Source of the DNA: Candidatus Latescibacterota bacterium
GTDB lineage: Bacteria; Latescibacterota; UBA2968
Length of the DNA stretch: 64,000 nucleotides
Assembly (NCBI GenBank): GCA_965204375.1
Contig: OZ241986.1
Location: 832,001 to 896,000 of the forward strand
Direction of reading: 5' to 3'
Position 1 is the first letter of the stretch; every line of letters starts with the position of its first letter. The translations under genes and the position numbers were made by a program. Under the pieces are notes generated by a model. That model was not told where the DNA came from and ran no database searches. It was given only the letters and a program-made list of their open reading frames with translations. Below are positions 1 to 11,173 of this stretch, in pieces.

Positions 1-1061
1 GGCTGTCGGCATTCGGGATGCGCTGCGATCAGAGGCAGGCGAAAACTCTCCTCATCAAAAAAAGGCCCTTTTTCAAACAACTTGTGTGCTCCCATATTGT
101 CTCCGTGATCGGTGGAAAATACAACAAGCGTGTTTTCCGCCAGGCCGAGCGTTTCCAACTCGGAAAGCATACGCCCCACCAGATCATCGATCATCGTCAT
201 ATACCCCCAGTAGCGCGCCGTGATCTCCGCCCATTCGTCCCAGTTGTTGGGGTCAATCCCCCAATAACGAGACACCAGAGTCTGAACATAGGGACGATTC
301 TCCAGTGTATCACAGAAACTCGGGTCCTCCGGAATTGACTTCGGGTCATACATCGAGTAATACGGTTCCGGCACGATACACGGACTGTGTGGGCCCCAGA
401 AATTGGTCCAAATAAAAAAGGGATCTTCTTCCTGTGCATACGCCTGCATAAGCTCAGCCGTTTCCGAGGCAACCATGGCTTCGAAATTGTGCTCAATAGT
501 TCCAGCATGGAGGCCGTGCAATTCCCGATTTCGCTGCCCTGGATTTCCCTGAGCATAGAACGCTTCTATAAGCTCTGGAGGTTCCAGATTCTTCTCGTCC
601 AAATAGTCCAGGTAGTTCCTCGCAATCTGGGAATCCTGCCGCGCACCGCTCTTGATGCCTGGCATATTGATATTGGATGCGGGATAGCCATATCCTGGGA
701 AGTCTCGTTTACAGCGAAATCCCCAATCACTCGGATTCTTTTGGTGATCCACGTGCCACTTTCCCGCATATCCCAGGTTGTATCCTGCTCGAGGTAGCTC
801 TGTCGCGAAATTTGGAAGCGACTGATCCAACTGACCACCGTTGGTTTCAACCCCGGTAATGTGACCGTACCGACCTGTAAATAGCGCGGCTCGGCCAGGC
901 GCACATGGGATGATAAGCGGAAAAGCATTGTTGAAACGCACGCCCCGGCTTGCCAGGTTGTCAATATGTGGTGTTCTGCACTGGGGGGCACCATAACAAC
1001 CCAGCAGATCCCAGCGCTGTTGATCTGTAAGAATGAGTAGAATATTCAGTTTCTCTTGCAT
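1..1061 (-). CDS. Sulfatase (partial, runs off left edge of window)
   Basis: Manual translation from ATG at 1061: MQEKLNILLILTDQQRWDLLGCYG...IPCAPGRAALFTGRY (CxPxR formylglycine motif). Absent from the ORF track, consistent with the frame running off the edge without a stop. Confidence 0.88.
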   Translation of the reverse strand, partial: MQEKLNILLILTDQQRWDLLGCYGAPQCRTPHIDNLASRGVRFNNAFPLIIPCAPGRAALFTGRYGHITGVETNGGQLDQSLPNFATELPRAGYNLGYAGKWHVDHQKNPSDWGFRCKRDFPGYGYPASNINMPGIKSGARQDSQIARNYLDYLDEKNLEPPELIEAFYAQGNPGQRNRELHGLHAGTIEHNFEAMVASETAELMQAYAQEEDPFFIWTNFWGPHSPCIVPEPYYSMYDPKSIPEDPSFCDTLENRPYVQTLVSRYWGIDPNNWDEWAEITARYWGYMTMIDDLVGRMLSELETLGLAENTLVVFSTDHGDNMGAHKLFEKGPFFDEESFRLPLIAAHPECRQ

Positions 1062-1083
1062 ACTTGTGTCCTCACAATTTTCT

Positions 1084-1947
1084 CTAACTCGCCATCGCCA
1101 GTACCTGATCTTCATCAATCAGGAATTCTTTCGGTAAATCGAGAGGATGACCATTTTCACACACGGGCAAATAATCCAGATATTTGTTTCCAGGACGGAT
1201 CGCCCGCATCCAGGGCACATCGCGTTTGGCAATAAACGTCCCTGCCAGACCGATGCGTTGTTTGTCTGAACTATTTGGTCCGCTATAGTGCAATGCATTT
1301 TGGTGCCACACCAGAATGTCTCCGGGTTCCATCTCACAGGCCACCGCATCCTGTTCCGGATTATAGCCGTGATCGCGCGGATCCACTTCCGTGAGCTTAT
1401 TGCCCTGCCGCTGGTGTGCTATGCGTCCCAGCTTCTGTGAAAAAGGAATCAACTGTAAGCATCCATTCTCTTTTGTCGCCCGATCAATTGCAATCCAGAA
1501 ATCAAACATCATAGGCTCGTTGGGATCATAGGGGGCAGGTGGCATGTTCCAGGCGGCAGAATCCTGATGCCAGGGAGTAACAGAACCGTGCCTGGGTGGT
1601 TTTAGAAAGAAACCACCGGCGTTTACACAAAAGTCATCCCGTAAGACAGATCGCACCAGCCCGACGGTTCGCGGATTTGAAATCATCTTTTTCCAGAGTG
1701 TCTCATTGTGATACGCCGAACTATTCAAGCGATAAAATCGGTGCAATGGATTCCCGGCATTCGGCCGGTCCTCCTTCACATGCCCAACTCCTAATTGCTC
1801 GTATATGTCGGCGTGTTCGGCAATAAATCGAACGCGTTCTTTGATTATGGGGATATCGTCCTGGTCCAACAATCCCTGAAAGATGAAATATCCCTTGTCC
1901 AGCAATTCCCGTTTCCAATTCTTATCGCGTATCTCGTCTCTTTCCAC
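1084..1947 (-). CDS. PhyH-family Fe(II)/2-oxoglutarate dioxygenase
   Basis: GYFIF near N-terminus, PWHQD (HxD), ENGCLQLIP, distal H in ALHYSGPN. Confidence 0.9.
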   Translation of the reverse strand: MERDEIRDKNWKRELLDKGYFIFQGLLDQDDIPIIKERVRFIAEHADIYEQLGVGHVKEDRPNAGNPLHRFYRLNSSAYHNETLWKKMISNPRTVGLVRSVLRDDFCVNAGGFFLKPPRHGSVTPWHQDSAAWNMPPAPYDPNEPMMFDFWIAIDRATKENGCLQLIPFSQKLGRIAHQRQGNKLTEVDPRDHGYNPEQDAVACEMEPGDILVWHQNALHYSGPNSSDKQRIGLAGTFIAKRDVPWMRAIRPGNKYLDYLPVCENGHPLDLPKEFLIDEDQVLAMAS

Positions 1948-1963
1948 AATAGATGTCCTTTGT

Positions 1964-2043
1964 TAATGGCCTAATCCGCCCGCCCATCCTGGTTTTCATC
2001 GGCTGCTCCTTCGTGTTAGAAGAGGGAAATACACCTGACAATA
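1964..2043 (-). repeat. Downstream (leader) half of a repeated promoter/leader element; matches 5719-5798
   Basis: Gapless manual alignment 70/80 identical; contains RBS AAGGAG and ATG (1999) of a short MKTRMGGRIRPL reading frame. Confidence 0.92.
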
Positions 2044-2069
2044 GGGACAGCATCACTGATGTAGCAAGT

Positions 2070-3107
2070 TCACTGCTTTTCTATGTTCTCCATAGCCTGA
2101 CGGCGGCGATGACGGGCAAGCTCGCGTAGATCGACAACCTCATCTGTCTCATCCACAATTTCACGTCCAATTATCTCTTCAAGCACGTCTTCCAGGGTCA
2201 CCACACCAGCCAATCCACCGTATTCATCGATCACGACAAACAGATGTTGTCTGCGCTCAAGAAACATGCGCAATACCCGATCCAATGTCAGCGTTTCCAC
2301 CACAAAGTGCGCGCCTCGCGAGAGACTTTGAATGGGAATATCTTCGCGACCCTCGGCAGCCGACGACAAAATATCCCGACGGTACACGATCCCAACAACA
2401 TCTTCGGCATCTTCATCTACTATGGGAATGCGACTATACGATGGAACACCAATTTGCAACACCTCATTTACTTTTTGCTGGGCTTGAAGCGAATAAATGA
2501 CCGTGCGCGGTGTCATTATTTCCTGAACTGTTTTCTCTTTTAACAATAGAATATTCTGAATGGCACTGCCTTCTTCTGCATTAATGGTTCCCGCATGTCG
2601 CCCCATATTTACCAATGCTATGAGTTCCTCTGAAGATACGACATGTTCAACTTTACCATGAGATATTAGCCGCGTCACAAATTGGCACAGCCAGATAATC
2701 GGTGCTTGTATCCAGATCAAGATCTGGATGGGATAGGCAATCAAGGACACAAGGTGTCGGGCATAAACCACACCAATTGTCTTTGGAATAATCTCAGAAA
2801 ATAAAAGTATCACCAGGGTAAATACCACTGAAAAATGCGGCAACCACGGCTCACCGAGAACTTCTGCCGCTGCCGCTCCAGCAAGGGCGGCTCCACCCGT
2901 ATGCGCAATTGTATTAAGAGATAGAATACCCGCAATAGGCACATCCACATTTTCTCTAAACTTTTTCAATAACCGGCCAGAAACACTGCCAGTTTTTGCC
3001 AGCGATTCGATATGACCAATAGGAACTGAATACAATGCCGCTTCAAAAAGTGAACACATAAAAGAAAAGAAAACGGCAAAACTCGCAAAAAAAATCAATT
3101 CAAACAT
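2070..3107 (-). CDS. CNNM/DUF21 + CBS-domain membrane protein (hemolysin/CorC-like, putative Mg2+/Co2+ transport)
   Basis: SLFEAAL, SEIIPKTIG, IMTPRT, YSRIPI, VIDEYGGLAGVVTLEDVLEEIIGREIVDE motifs. Confidence 0.93.
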   Translation of the reverse strand: MFELIFFASFAVFFSFMCSLFEAALYSVPIGHIESLAKTGSVSGRLLKKFRENVDVPIAGILSLNTIAHTGGAALAGAAAAEVLGEPWLPHFSVVFTLVILLFSEIIPKTIGVVYARHLVSLIAYPIQILIWIQAPIIWLCQFVTRLISHGKVEHVVSSEELIALVNMGRHAGTINAEEGSAIQNILLLKEKTVQEIMTPRTVIYSLQAQQKVNEVLQIGVPSYSRIPIVDEDAEDVVGIVYRRDILSSAAEGREDIPIQSLSRGAHFVVETLTLDRVLRMFLERRQHLFVVIDEYGGLAGVVTLEDVLEEIIGREIVDETDEVVDLRELARHRRRQAMENIEKQ

Positions 3108-3151
3108 TCTGTTACTCCTCTCTGTCTAATTCGATTTGGCTGCTCTCGTAA

Positions 3152-3213
3152 CAATATAGTTTCCGATACCGGTCATTTCCAGCGTATTTTCTTTATGCCC
3201 AAGAACATCTGAA
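3152..3213 (-). repeat. Upstream (promoter) half of the repeated element; matches 5794-5855
   Basis: Gapless manual alignment 56/62 identical; minus-strand TGGAAA(3181-3176)-N17-TATATT(3158-3153). Confidence 0.92.
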
Positions 3214-3272
3214 GCATTACAATTCGCGAAGAACATTCCTTTTTGTTACCGGAGAGTACGTCTCCAGCGCGC

Positions 3273-5687
3273 CTATTCATACCGCAAAGCCACCACTGGA
3301 TTTTCTCGTCCGGCTCGAATGGCCTGATAACCGACCGTCACAATCGCGATCAGTAGGACCACTGCTCCGCTGAGTAAAAAGATCCACAGCGACAGATCTG
3401 TTCGATAGGCAAAATGCTCCAGCCAGGACGACATCGCAAAATAAGCCACCGGCCAGGCTATCGCATTGGCCAGCACCACCCACTGCAGAAATGCCTTCGA
3501 AAGCATCAAACTGATATCCCAAACCGAAGCGCCCAGCACCTTCCGAATACCGATCTCCTTCGTTCTCCGTTCCGCCATAAACGAGGATAGCCCCAAAAGC
3601 CCCAGACAAGCGACGAAAATAGCGAGAACAGAAGCCGTTCCCACAGTGCGGCCCAATCGTAACTCTTCTCCGTACATCCGCATCAACCATTCATCTAAAA
3701 AATAATATTGGAATGGGCGCGTGGGCACAAAACGCTTCCATGTCTGCTCAAAAAAATCAAGCGTAGCTCCAATATTTTCAGACCGGACTTTCAAGGAAAG
3801 ATATAAAAAACTCGATGGCTGGACACAGAGCACAATCGGCTCAATTGTTTCGTACAGAGAATCGTAGTGAAAATCTGCAACCACTCCGATCACCGTGCCC
3901 ATTCTTCTCGAAGGCATCATCTCCAGCTTTTTCCCGATCGGATCCATCCATCCCAGCTGCCGGACCGCCGTTTCATTCAATATAAACTCCGGCTGTGGAT
4001 TGCTTTCCAATCCGCTTAAAAAATTTCGCCCTGCTACAAGCGTGATCCCGCAGGTTGAAATAAAATCCGCATCCACCTCCTGAAACCGCATTTTCCAATC
4101 TTCCGATAAACCTTCCGCCCGCCCGCGCTGCCGCTGCCCTCCACCCATCGGACCTCGCCCTCCGGACGCGGTTGCCTGGAGCACCTGGGGATAGCTGAGA
4201 AAAGTTTCCTTCACCTGTTCGTATTGCAAAGTCAAACGCCGATCCGCCGGTTTTTGCAGCGTGCGGTCTGCCCGAAAAATCGGCAGCATCACAATACCCT
4301 CGCGTTCGAATCCCAGCACTTTGCCGCTCACAAAATCCAGCTGTCGGTAAACCACTATCGTCGCAATCATCAGCAAAATAGAAAGTGAAAATTGAAACAC
4401 CACCAGCCCCTGTCTGAACATCTGACCCTTCGTAGAAACCTGTGCCCTGTCCTTTAGTACCGAGACAGGTTGAAAGGCAGAAAGAAAAAAGGCCGGATAA
4501 AGGCCGGACAGCACACCCACCACCAGTGCTATCCCCAAAAGACTCAAAATCAGAGGGAGATCTAACATCTGCAGAAAAATTAGTTGCTTGCTGGACAGTG
4601 ACCTGAAAGCTGGCAAAAGGATCTCCGTCAATCCCACCGAAAGAACCAGCGATAGAATCGCCAGCATTACCGATTCGCCCAGAAACTGTCGGATCAACTG
4701 GTACCTGTCTGCACCCACTGCCTTGCGGATGCCCACCTCAAGAGACCGGTTTGTAGATCGGGCCGTTGCCAGATTCACAAAGTTGATACAGGCAATTGTT
4801 AAAATGAGAAGCCCCGTCAGAGAAACCAAGTATAGCGCTCCGATATTGTCTCCGCGCCAGGGTTCCAGGCGCGGAAAGTCTGTATTGGAATAAAGGTGGA
4901 TACGTCGCAAAGGTTGAAGGTGATATACATTCTGCTTACGCCAGTCCTCGCTTCTATAGCGCCTGACCCAATCCGATAGCTTCTGCTCCAATTCTTCGGG
5001 AGCGACGCCCTGGTTCAGTTCAATATAGGTTTCAAAGAACGCACGTTCCTTCCATTGATCTAAAACATGCTGAATCTGATGGGAAGCTGTTGAAATCAAA
5101 AAATCAAATCTTAAAGACGACTGTCTGGGCAGCCGGACCACCCCGGTAACTCGATAGTCGCCAGTCAGCGATTCCCGGTCTATCGAGATCACTTTGCCCA
5201 ACGGATTGTCGTCTCCAAAATACCTCCGGGCCATCTTTTCGGTCATCACAATAGAGAAGGGAGCTTTCAGAGCTTGATGCCGGTCTCCCCAGACCAGGGG
5301 GAATGGAATCGCGTTTAAAAAATCTTCATCAACAAAGTTGACACTTTCTTTGAACCACTCTCCCTTCCGCTGAATCCAGACGGCCCAGGACCAGGTGTGT
5401 GCAGCCTGCTTCACCTCGGGAAAGTCTCGCCGAAGTGCCCCTGCCAGCGGGCCTGCTGTGACGGGATGGTAAGAAACGGCCCCGTCGTCTGATCGAACCG
5501 CTCGGATTACGCGGTAGATCCGCTCGGTACGTTCGTGAAACCGATCGTAACCCATCTCATGCCGTGCAAATAGCACCGTCAATGTCGCACAGGTCAAACC
5601 GATGGCCAGTCCCAGAATCGTGATCAAAGCATGAAGCCTGTGATTCACTACATTCCGGAAAGCAATGGTAAGGTAGTTCTTAAACAT
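3273..5687 (-). CDS. ABC transporter permease, MacB/FtsX duplicated-domain family
   Basis: MFKNYLTIAFRN start, ACINFVNLATARS..EVGIRKAVGA, RRTKEIGIRKVLGA, NPVVALRYE end. Confidence 0.93.
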   Translation of the reverse strand: MFKNYLTIAFRNVVNHRLHALITILGLAIGLTCATLTVLFARHEMGYDRFHERTERIYRVIRAVRSDDGAVSYHPVTAGPLAGALRRDFPEVKQAAHTWSWAVWIQRKGEWFKESVNFVDEDFLNAIPFPLVWGDRHQALKAPFSIVMTEKMARRYFGDDNPLGKVISIDRESLTGDYRVTGVVRLPRQSSLRFDFLISTASHQIQHVLDQWKERAFFETYIELNQGVAPEELEQKLSDWVRRYRSEDWRKQNVYHLQPLRRIHLYSNTDFPRLEPWRGDNIGALYLVSLTGLLILTIACINFVNLATARSTNRSLEVGIRKAVGADRYQLIRQFLGESVMLAILSLVLSVGLTEILLPAFRSLSSKQLIFLQMLDLPLILSLLGIALVVGVLSGLYPAFFLSAFQPVSVLKDRAQVSTKGQMFRQGLVVFQFSLSILLMIATIVVYRQLDFVSGKVLGFEREGIVMLPIFRADRTLQKPADRRLTLQYEQVKETFLSYPQVLQATASGGRGPMGGGQRQRGRAEGLSEDWKMRFQEVDADFISTCGITLVAGRNFLSGLESNPQPEFILNETAVRQLGWMDPIGKKLEMMPSRRMGTVIGVVADFHYDSLYETIEPIVLCVQPSSFLYLSLKVRSENIGATLDFFEQTWKRFVPTRPFQYYFLDEWLMRMYGEELRLGRTVGTASVLAIFVACLGLLGLSSFMAERRTKEIGIRKVLGASVWDISLMLSKAFLQWVVLANAIAWPVAYFAMSSWLEHFAYRTDLSLWIFLLSGAVVLLIAIVTVGYQAIRAGRENPVVALRYE

Positions 5688-5718
5688 GACTCGCTCATCA
5701 TTCTGTTATACGACCATC

Positions 5719-5855
5719 TAATGGCCTAATCAGCCCGTCCATCCCGGTTTTCATAGGCTGTTCCTCCGTGTTAGGGGAGGGAAATACACTTGCCAATATA
5801 GCTTCCGATACCGGTCATTTCCAGCGTATTTTTTCTATGCTCGAGAACATCAGAA
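5719..5855 (-). repeat. Intact copy of 137-bp promoter/leader element
   Basis: Concatenates the halves seen at 1964-2043 and 3152-3213. Contains TGGAAA(5823-5818)-N17-TATATT(5800-5795), RBS GGAGG and the start of an 18-aa ORF MKTGMDGLIRPLDGRITE (5754-5698). Confidence 0.9.
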
Positions 5856-5897
5856 AGGAGGGGAGTCGGTCACATGTGCCAACCGACGCGAAGTTAA

Positions 5898-8156
<2,259 letters not shown>

Positions 8157-8199
8157 TCTCAGCGTGTGCTCGTAACGAAGGTCAGGAAACACCATGAGA

Positions 8200-8226
8200 A
8201 AGGGGGCGCGATTATCGCGCCCCCTT
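8200..8226. terminator. Hairpin between convergent katG and SIP genes, probable terminator
   Basis: AAGGGGGCGCG-ATTAT-CGCGCCCCCTT perfect stem. Confidence 0.75.
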
Positions 8227-8254
8227 GTGATTAATGGTTAGTTCCCCCAGCACC

Positions 8255-9049
8255 TCAGACGTCGTCTTCCTGGTCTGCCAACCAGGAGGATTTGATGATC
8301 CGCCACTCCTCGTCGGTCATCGTGCGTCGCCAATACGGGGAGATTGAGGACTTTTTCTTGTCGATCCCGCGTTCGGACAACAGGTGCTTGCGCACAACTC
8401 GGACTTCGCCTGCTTCCCCGTGGACGAACACATCTACCGGTCCTGGAGCGAAGTCCAGGCCAGCAATCGCGTCGGGTAGCAGTGCCGCAGGATTCTCGGC
8501 ACTCCGCCGATGCAACCAGGTGATGCTGACATCGCCAGGCGTGGTGAGCGCTATTTCGTCATCGGGACCGTCAACCACCACCAATACCACCGCGCGAGCA
8601 CCCGGTGCGAGTGCCTCCAGTGATGCGCCAATAGCTGGTAATGCGCTCTCGTCGCCCGCCATGAGGTGCCACGCCGCATCGGGATCAGGAGCGTACGCGC
8701 CGCCCGGACCCTTGAATTGGAGGCAGTCTCCAGGCTGGGCTTGTTGCGCCCAGGGGCCAGCGTAGCCGTGGTCGCCATGGGTAACGAAGTCGATGGTGAG
8801 TTCCCGCTGGTCGTCGTCCCATCGGCGCACTGTGTACCGGCGGGGTCGGGGTTGGTATTCGGCGTCAATTGCTTCCAGGGCATCCGGATCGAACGGTGCT
8901 GTGTAGGGCGCTCCGAGAGGGATGAACTGAGCGTTGATGTACTGATCCGTATAGGGGGAGGGGGCGAACTCGTCCAGGTCGCCACCGCCCAACACGACAC
9001 GCATCATCGACGGGGTCAGGCGCTCGGTGCTTCGTACTTCTCCATACAT
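8255..9049 (-). CDS. Siderophore-interacting protein (ViuB/YqjH-like FAD-binding ferric reductase)
   Basis: TPSMMRVVLGG, RRYTVRRWD, IDFVTHG, GPGGAY, AGDESALPAI, HGEA, YWRR motifs. Confidence 0.93.
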   Translation of the reverse strand: MYGEVRSTERLTPSMMRVVLGGGDLDEFAPSPYTDQYINAQFIPLGAPYTAPFDPDALEAIDAEYQPRPRRYTVRRWDDDQRELTIDFVTHGDHGYAGPWAQQAQPGDCLQFKGPGGAYAPDPDAAWHLMAGDESALPAIGASLEALAPGARAVVLVVVDGPDDEIALTTPGDVSITWLHRRSAENPAALLPDAIAGLDFAPGPVDVFVHGEAGEVRVVRKHLLSERGIDKKKSSISPYWRRTMTDEEWRIIKSSWLADQEDDV

Positions 9050-9114
9050 GGGGTTGCCTCTTTCTTTATTGTCTCGTGGTTTGGTAGTAGCCTTTTTGTT
9101 TGGTGGGCTATAAA

Positions 9115-9173
9115 AGTGTTTTGCATATAAAACACTCGCACAGCAAATAAATCAAATGTTGAATACATGTCAA
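9115..9173 (-). promoter_or_regulatory. Putative promoter (-35 TTGACA at 9173-9168) with downstream palindromic operator AGTGTTTT-N6-AAAACACT (9115-9136)
   Basis: Perfect 8-bp inverted repeat in AT-rich region upstream of the SIP gene; -10 element weak. Confidence 0.45.
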
Positions 9174-9303
9174 TATTTTTTTTTAATAATTAGCTGTCAG
9201 GGGATGGATCATTCGATACCTCAGCCCTTTTTTTGCACTTTGCATTTTGTACATAACCGTCTATTTTGCAGTACGATCCATCAGGAAGACATTTCGGTGG
9301 ATA

Positions 9304-11145
9304 TCATGGAGCACCCGGTTCGTCGCCAGAGACCAGATTCACGAGATCACCCGGTCGAAGGGTCAGATCCGGGGAGATGTGGAGCGCATCTCCGATTGGG
9401 TCAGGGTCTGCCTCGGTGTAAGGGAAGCCGATGGGGGGTAGGTCGGGATGTTCCGCCCTGAACGGGACCGGTTGCCCAGAGAGATCCTGCGAGAGAGTCC
9501 ATTGGGAAAGGGACTCCGAGAAGGCAGCAAAACTCCCATCCGGTTCTTGAACATCTACGAGGACGATACAGTCGAGGGGATGATCGCCTGGTTGTAATGA
9601 TTCTCCTCCGTAGAGTCGAAGGTGCAACCTCAACTCGGTGTCCTCGCCATAGGCCAGACGTGCGTGGCCCTGCCGGGCTTCGCCTTTCTCAGTCAGAAGC
9701 AGAGGTACGATGCCATAGTAAAGATCGCCGTAGGAGACGGCGACGGACTGACTTGGCTGGAGTTGTATGTCACCGCCACCCCAGTCCACGTTGCCGATGC
9801 GCACTTCCCGGATGGCGTCTCGCAGGCCGAACAGCACGCGGGGTTCGCAGTAGAATGTCGGATCGTTTAGGAATCGCTCCTCCTCGCCTTCCGGTCTTTC
9901 GTAGAGGAGACGACCTATGACGCGAGCGCCTTCCTGGCGAGACGTGAATGTCGCGCACGGCATATGCAGGAATGATTCATCCGGGATGAGGGGGACACTG
10001 ACGCGATCCCCGGTCTTGTTGCGGACGAGCAGGATGTAGGACGGTGGGGAGTGGCCGCCCACGGTTTGCAGACACTGGGAGGCCAGGCTCCAGTTGGGGG
10101 TCAGGAAGTGCGTTCGTCGCGAGCCAAGTGAGACACCGCGATCGTGGATTTCGCTGACGCCTGTCTTTTCCCGAGCGAGGGTGCGGACGGCAGCGGGTGG
10201 CACATAATCGAATACAGTGTGTCTGATAAAGATCTCATTATTCAAAGTCCCCACATAGATGTTGCCCGCGTCGGGTGGACACGGGGTGCCGAATTTGATG
10301 TGGCCGTAGAACGCCGAGGACGTGCTCGTGCCGTGTAGTGCGTCGTTCTGATATGCCCGGGAAGGCGCCCCTGCCAGGAATCCGTTGGGTAGCATATTGA
10401 GCGCAAGCTGGTAGGTAATGAGATCCATCGTCCGTTTTAGCTGGTCGCGGAGCTGGCTGTCTCGCGCGTAGGTCCATGCCGCTTCCATGCCGTGGAGGGT
10501 GACCGGGGTGTATCCCGGGCTGTTGAATTCGTGGAATCCATCTGCCGAAGTGCCTCTGACCCAGACGTCGAAAGCTTCGGCTGCCTCGGCTTCGATTGAG
10601 GCATCGTCGAGGGCGTGCGAGAGGGCGACCAGGCCACCGATATTCAAGGTATAGATGTTGGTGTACTGCCATCTGGCGGTGTGGTTGCGGATGCCTTCTA
10701 CGACATTTGGAAACGCGGCCTCCATTGCGTTCTTTGTCTCGGGCGTCAGCTTGTCCTGGAAGTCGAGATAGGCGTAAACGAGCGGAATGGTGATAAAAGA
10801 GACCGCGTTTCGGTCCTTGACACGGTCCCAGTGCGTCATCCAGAAGAAATTGCCGAAGGTCTCGGAGTTCGGTTCGAGATCCTGGCCCTCGAGTACGCTG
10901 TGGATGATGCGATTGGCCTCACCGGCGTCATCCGTGCCGTATGTCCGGTCGTCCGATAAAAGAAGCAGAACGGCGTACCAAATCGAAGCCGTACGCATGT
11001 GTCCTGTGAAGCGGGGAAAGAACGGATCGAAGTTCCGAAGAAGGGCGACGTCCGGATCGTAGTTCCGGTCGTCGTTTTTGCGGAACCGGTCGCGCAGGAA
11101 CGCAATACGAGCGCGTTGCTCGCGAAGGATGGGGTCGATGTTCAT
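9304..11145 (-). CDS. Hypothetical protein, possibly heparinase/alginate-lyase-like alpha/alpha-toroid protein
   Basis: Long ORF, start at ATG 11145 after AAGGAG; motifs GNFFW..DRNAVSF, YTNI, EFNSPGY; function is a guess. Confidence 0.55.
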   Translation of the reverse strand: MNIDPILREQRARIAFLRDRFRKNDDRNYDPDVALLRNFDPFFPRFTGHMRTASIWYAVLLLLSDDRTYGTDDAGEANRIIHSVLEGQDLEPNSETFGNFFWMTHWDRVKDRNAVSFITIPLVYAYLDFQDKLTPETKNAMEAAFPNVVEGIRNHTARWQYTNIYTLNIGGLVALSHALDDASIEAEAAEAFDVWVRGTSADGFHEFNSPGYTPVTLHGMEAAWTYARDSQLRDQLKRTMDLITYQLALNMLPNGFLAGAPSRAYQNDALHGTSTSSAFYGHIKFGTPCPPDAGNIYVGTLNNEIFIRHTVFDYVPPAAVRTLAREKTGVSEIHDRGVSLGSRRTHFLTPNWSLASQCLQTVGGHSPPSYILLVRNKTGDRVSVPLIPDESFLHMPCATFTSRQEGARVIGRLLYERPEGEEERFLNDPTFYCEPRVLFGLRDAIREVRIGNVDWGGGDIQLQPSQSVAVSYGDLYYGIVPLLLTEKGEARQGHARLAYGEDTELRLHLRLYGGESLQPGDHPLDCIVLVDVQEPDGSFAAFSESLSQWTLSQDLSGQPVPFRAEHPDLPPIGFPYTEADPDPIGDALHISPDLTLRPGDLVNLVSGDEPGAP

Positions 11146-11173
11146 CGGAGACTCCTTATGAGAAATTGACACG

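Noticed and set aside
1967-2021. Possible integron attC site (GCCTAAT...GTTAGAA; GTTAGGG in the second copy)
   Set aside because: Core ends are imperfect, internal L-box pairing is unconvincing, the sites lie upstream of the adjacent genes, and no integrase is present.
3273-5687. MacB/FtsX permeases without an adjacent ATPase (also 54546-56945)
   Set aside because: Orphan expansion of this permease family is already known in several phyla, so it is not unusual by itself.
9203-9282. 8-bp inverted repeat GATGGATC...GATCCATC as a MITE
   Set aside because: Short, single copy and no target duplication; compatible with chance.
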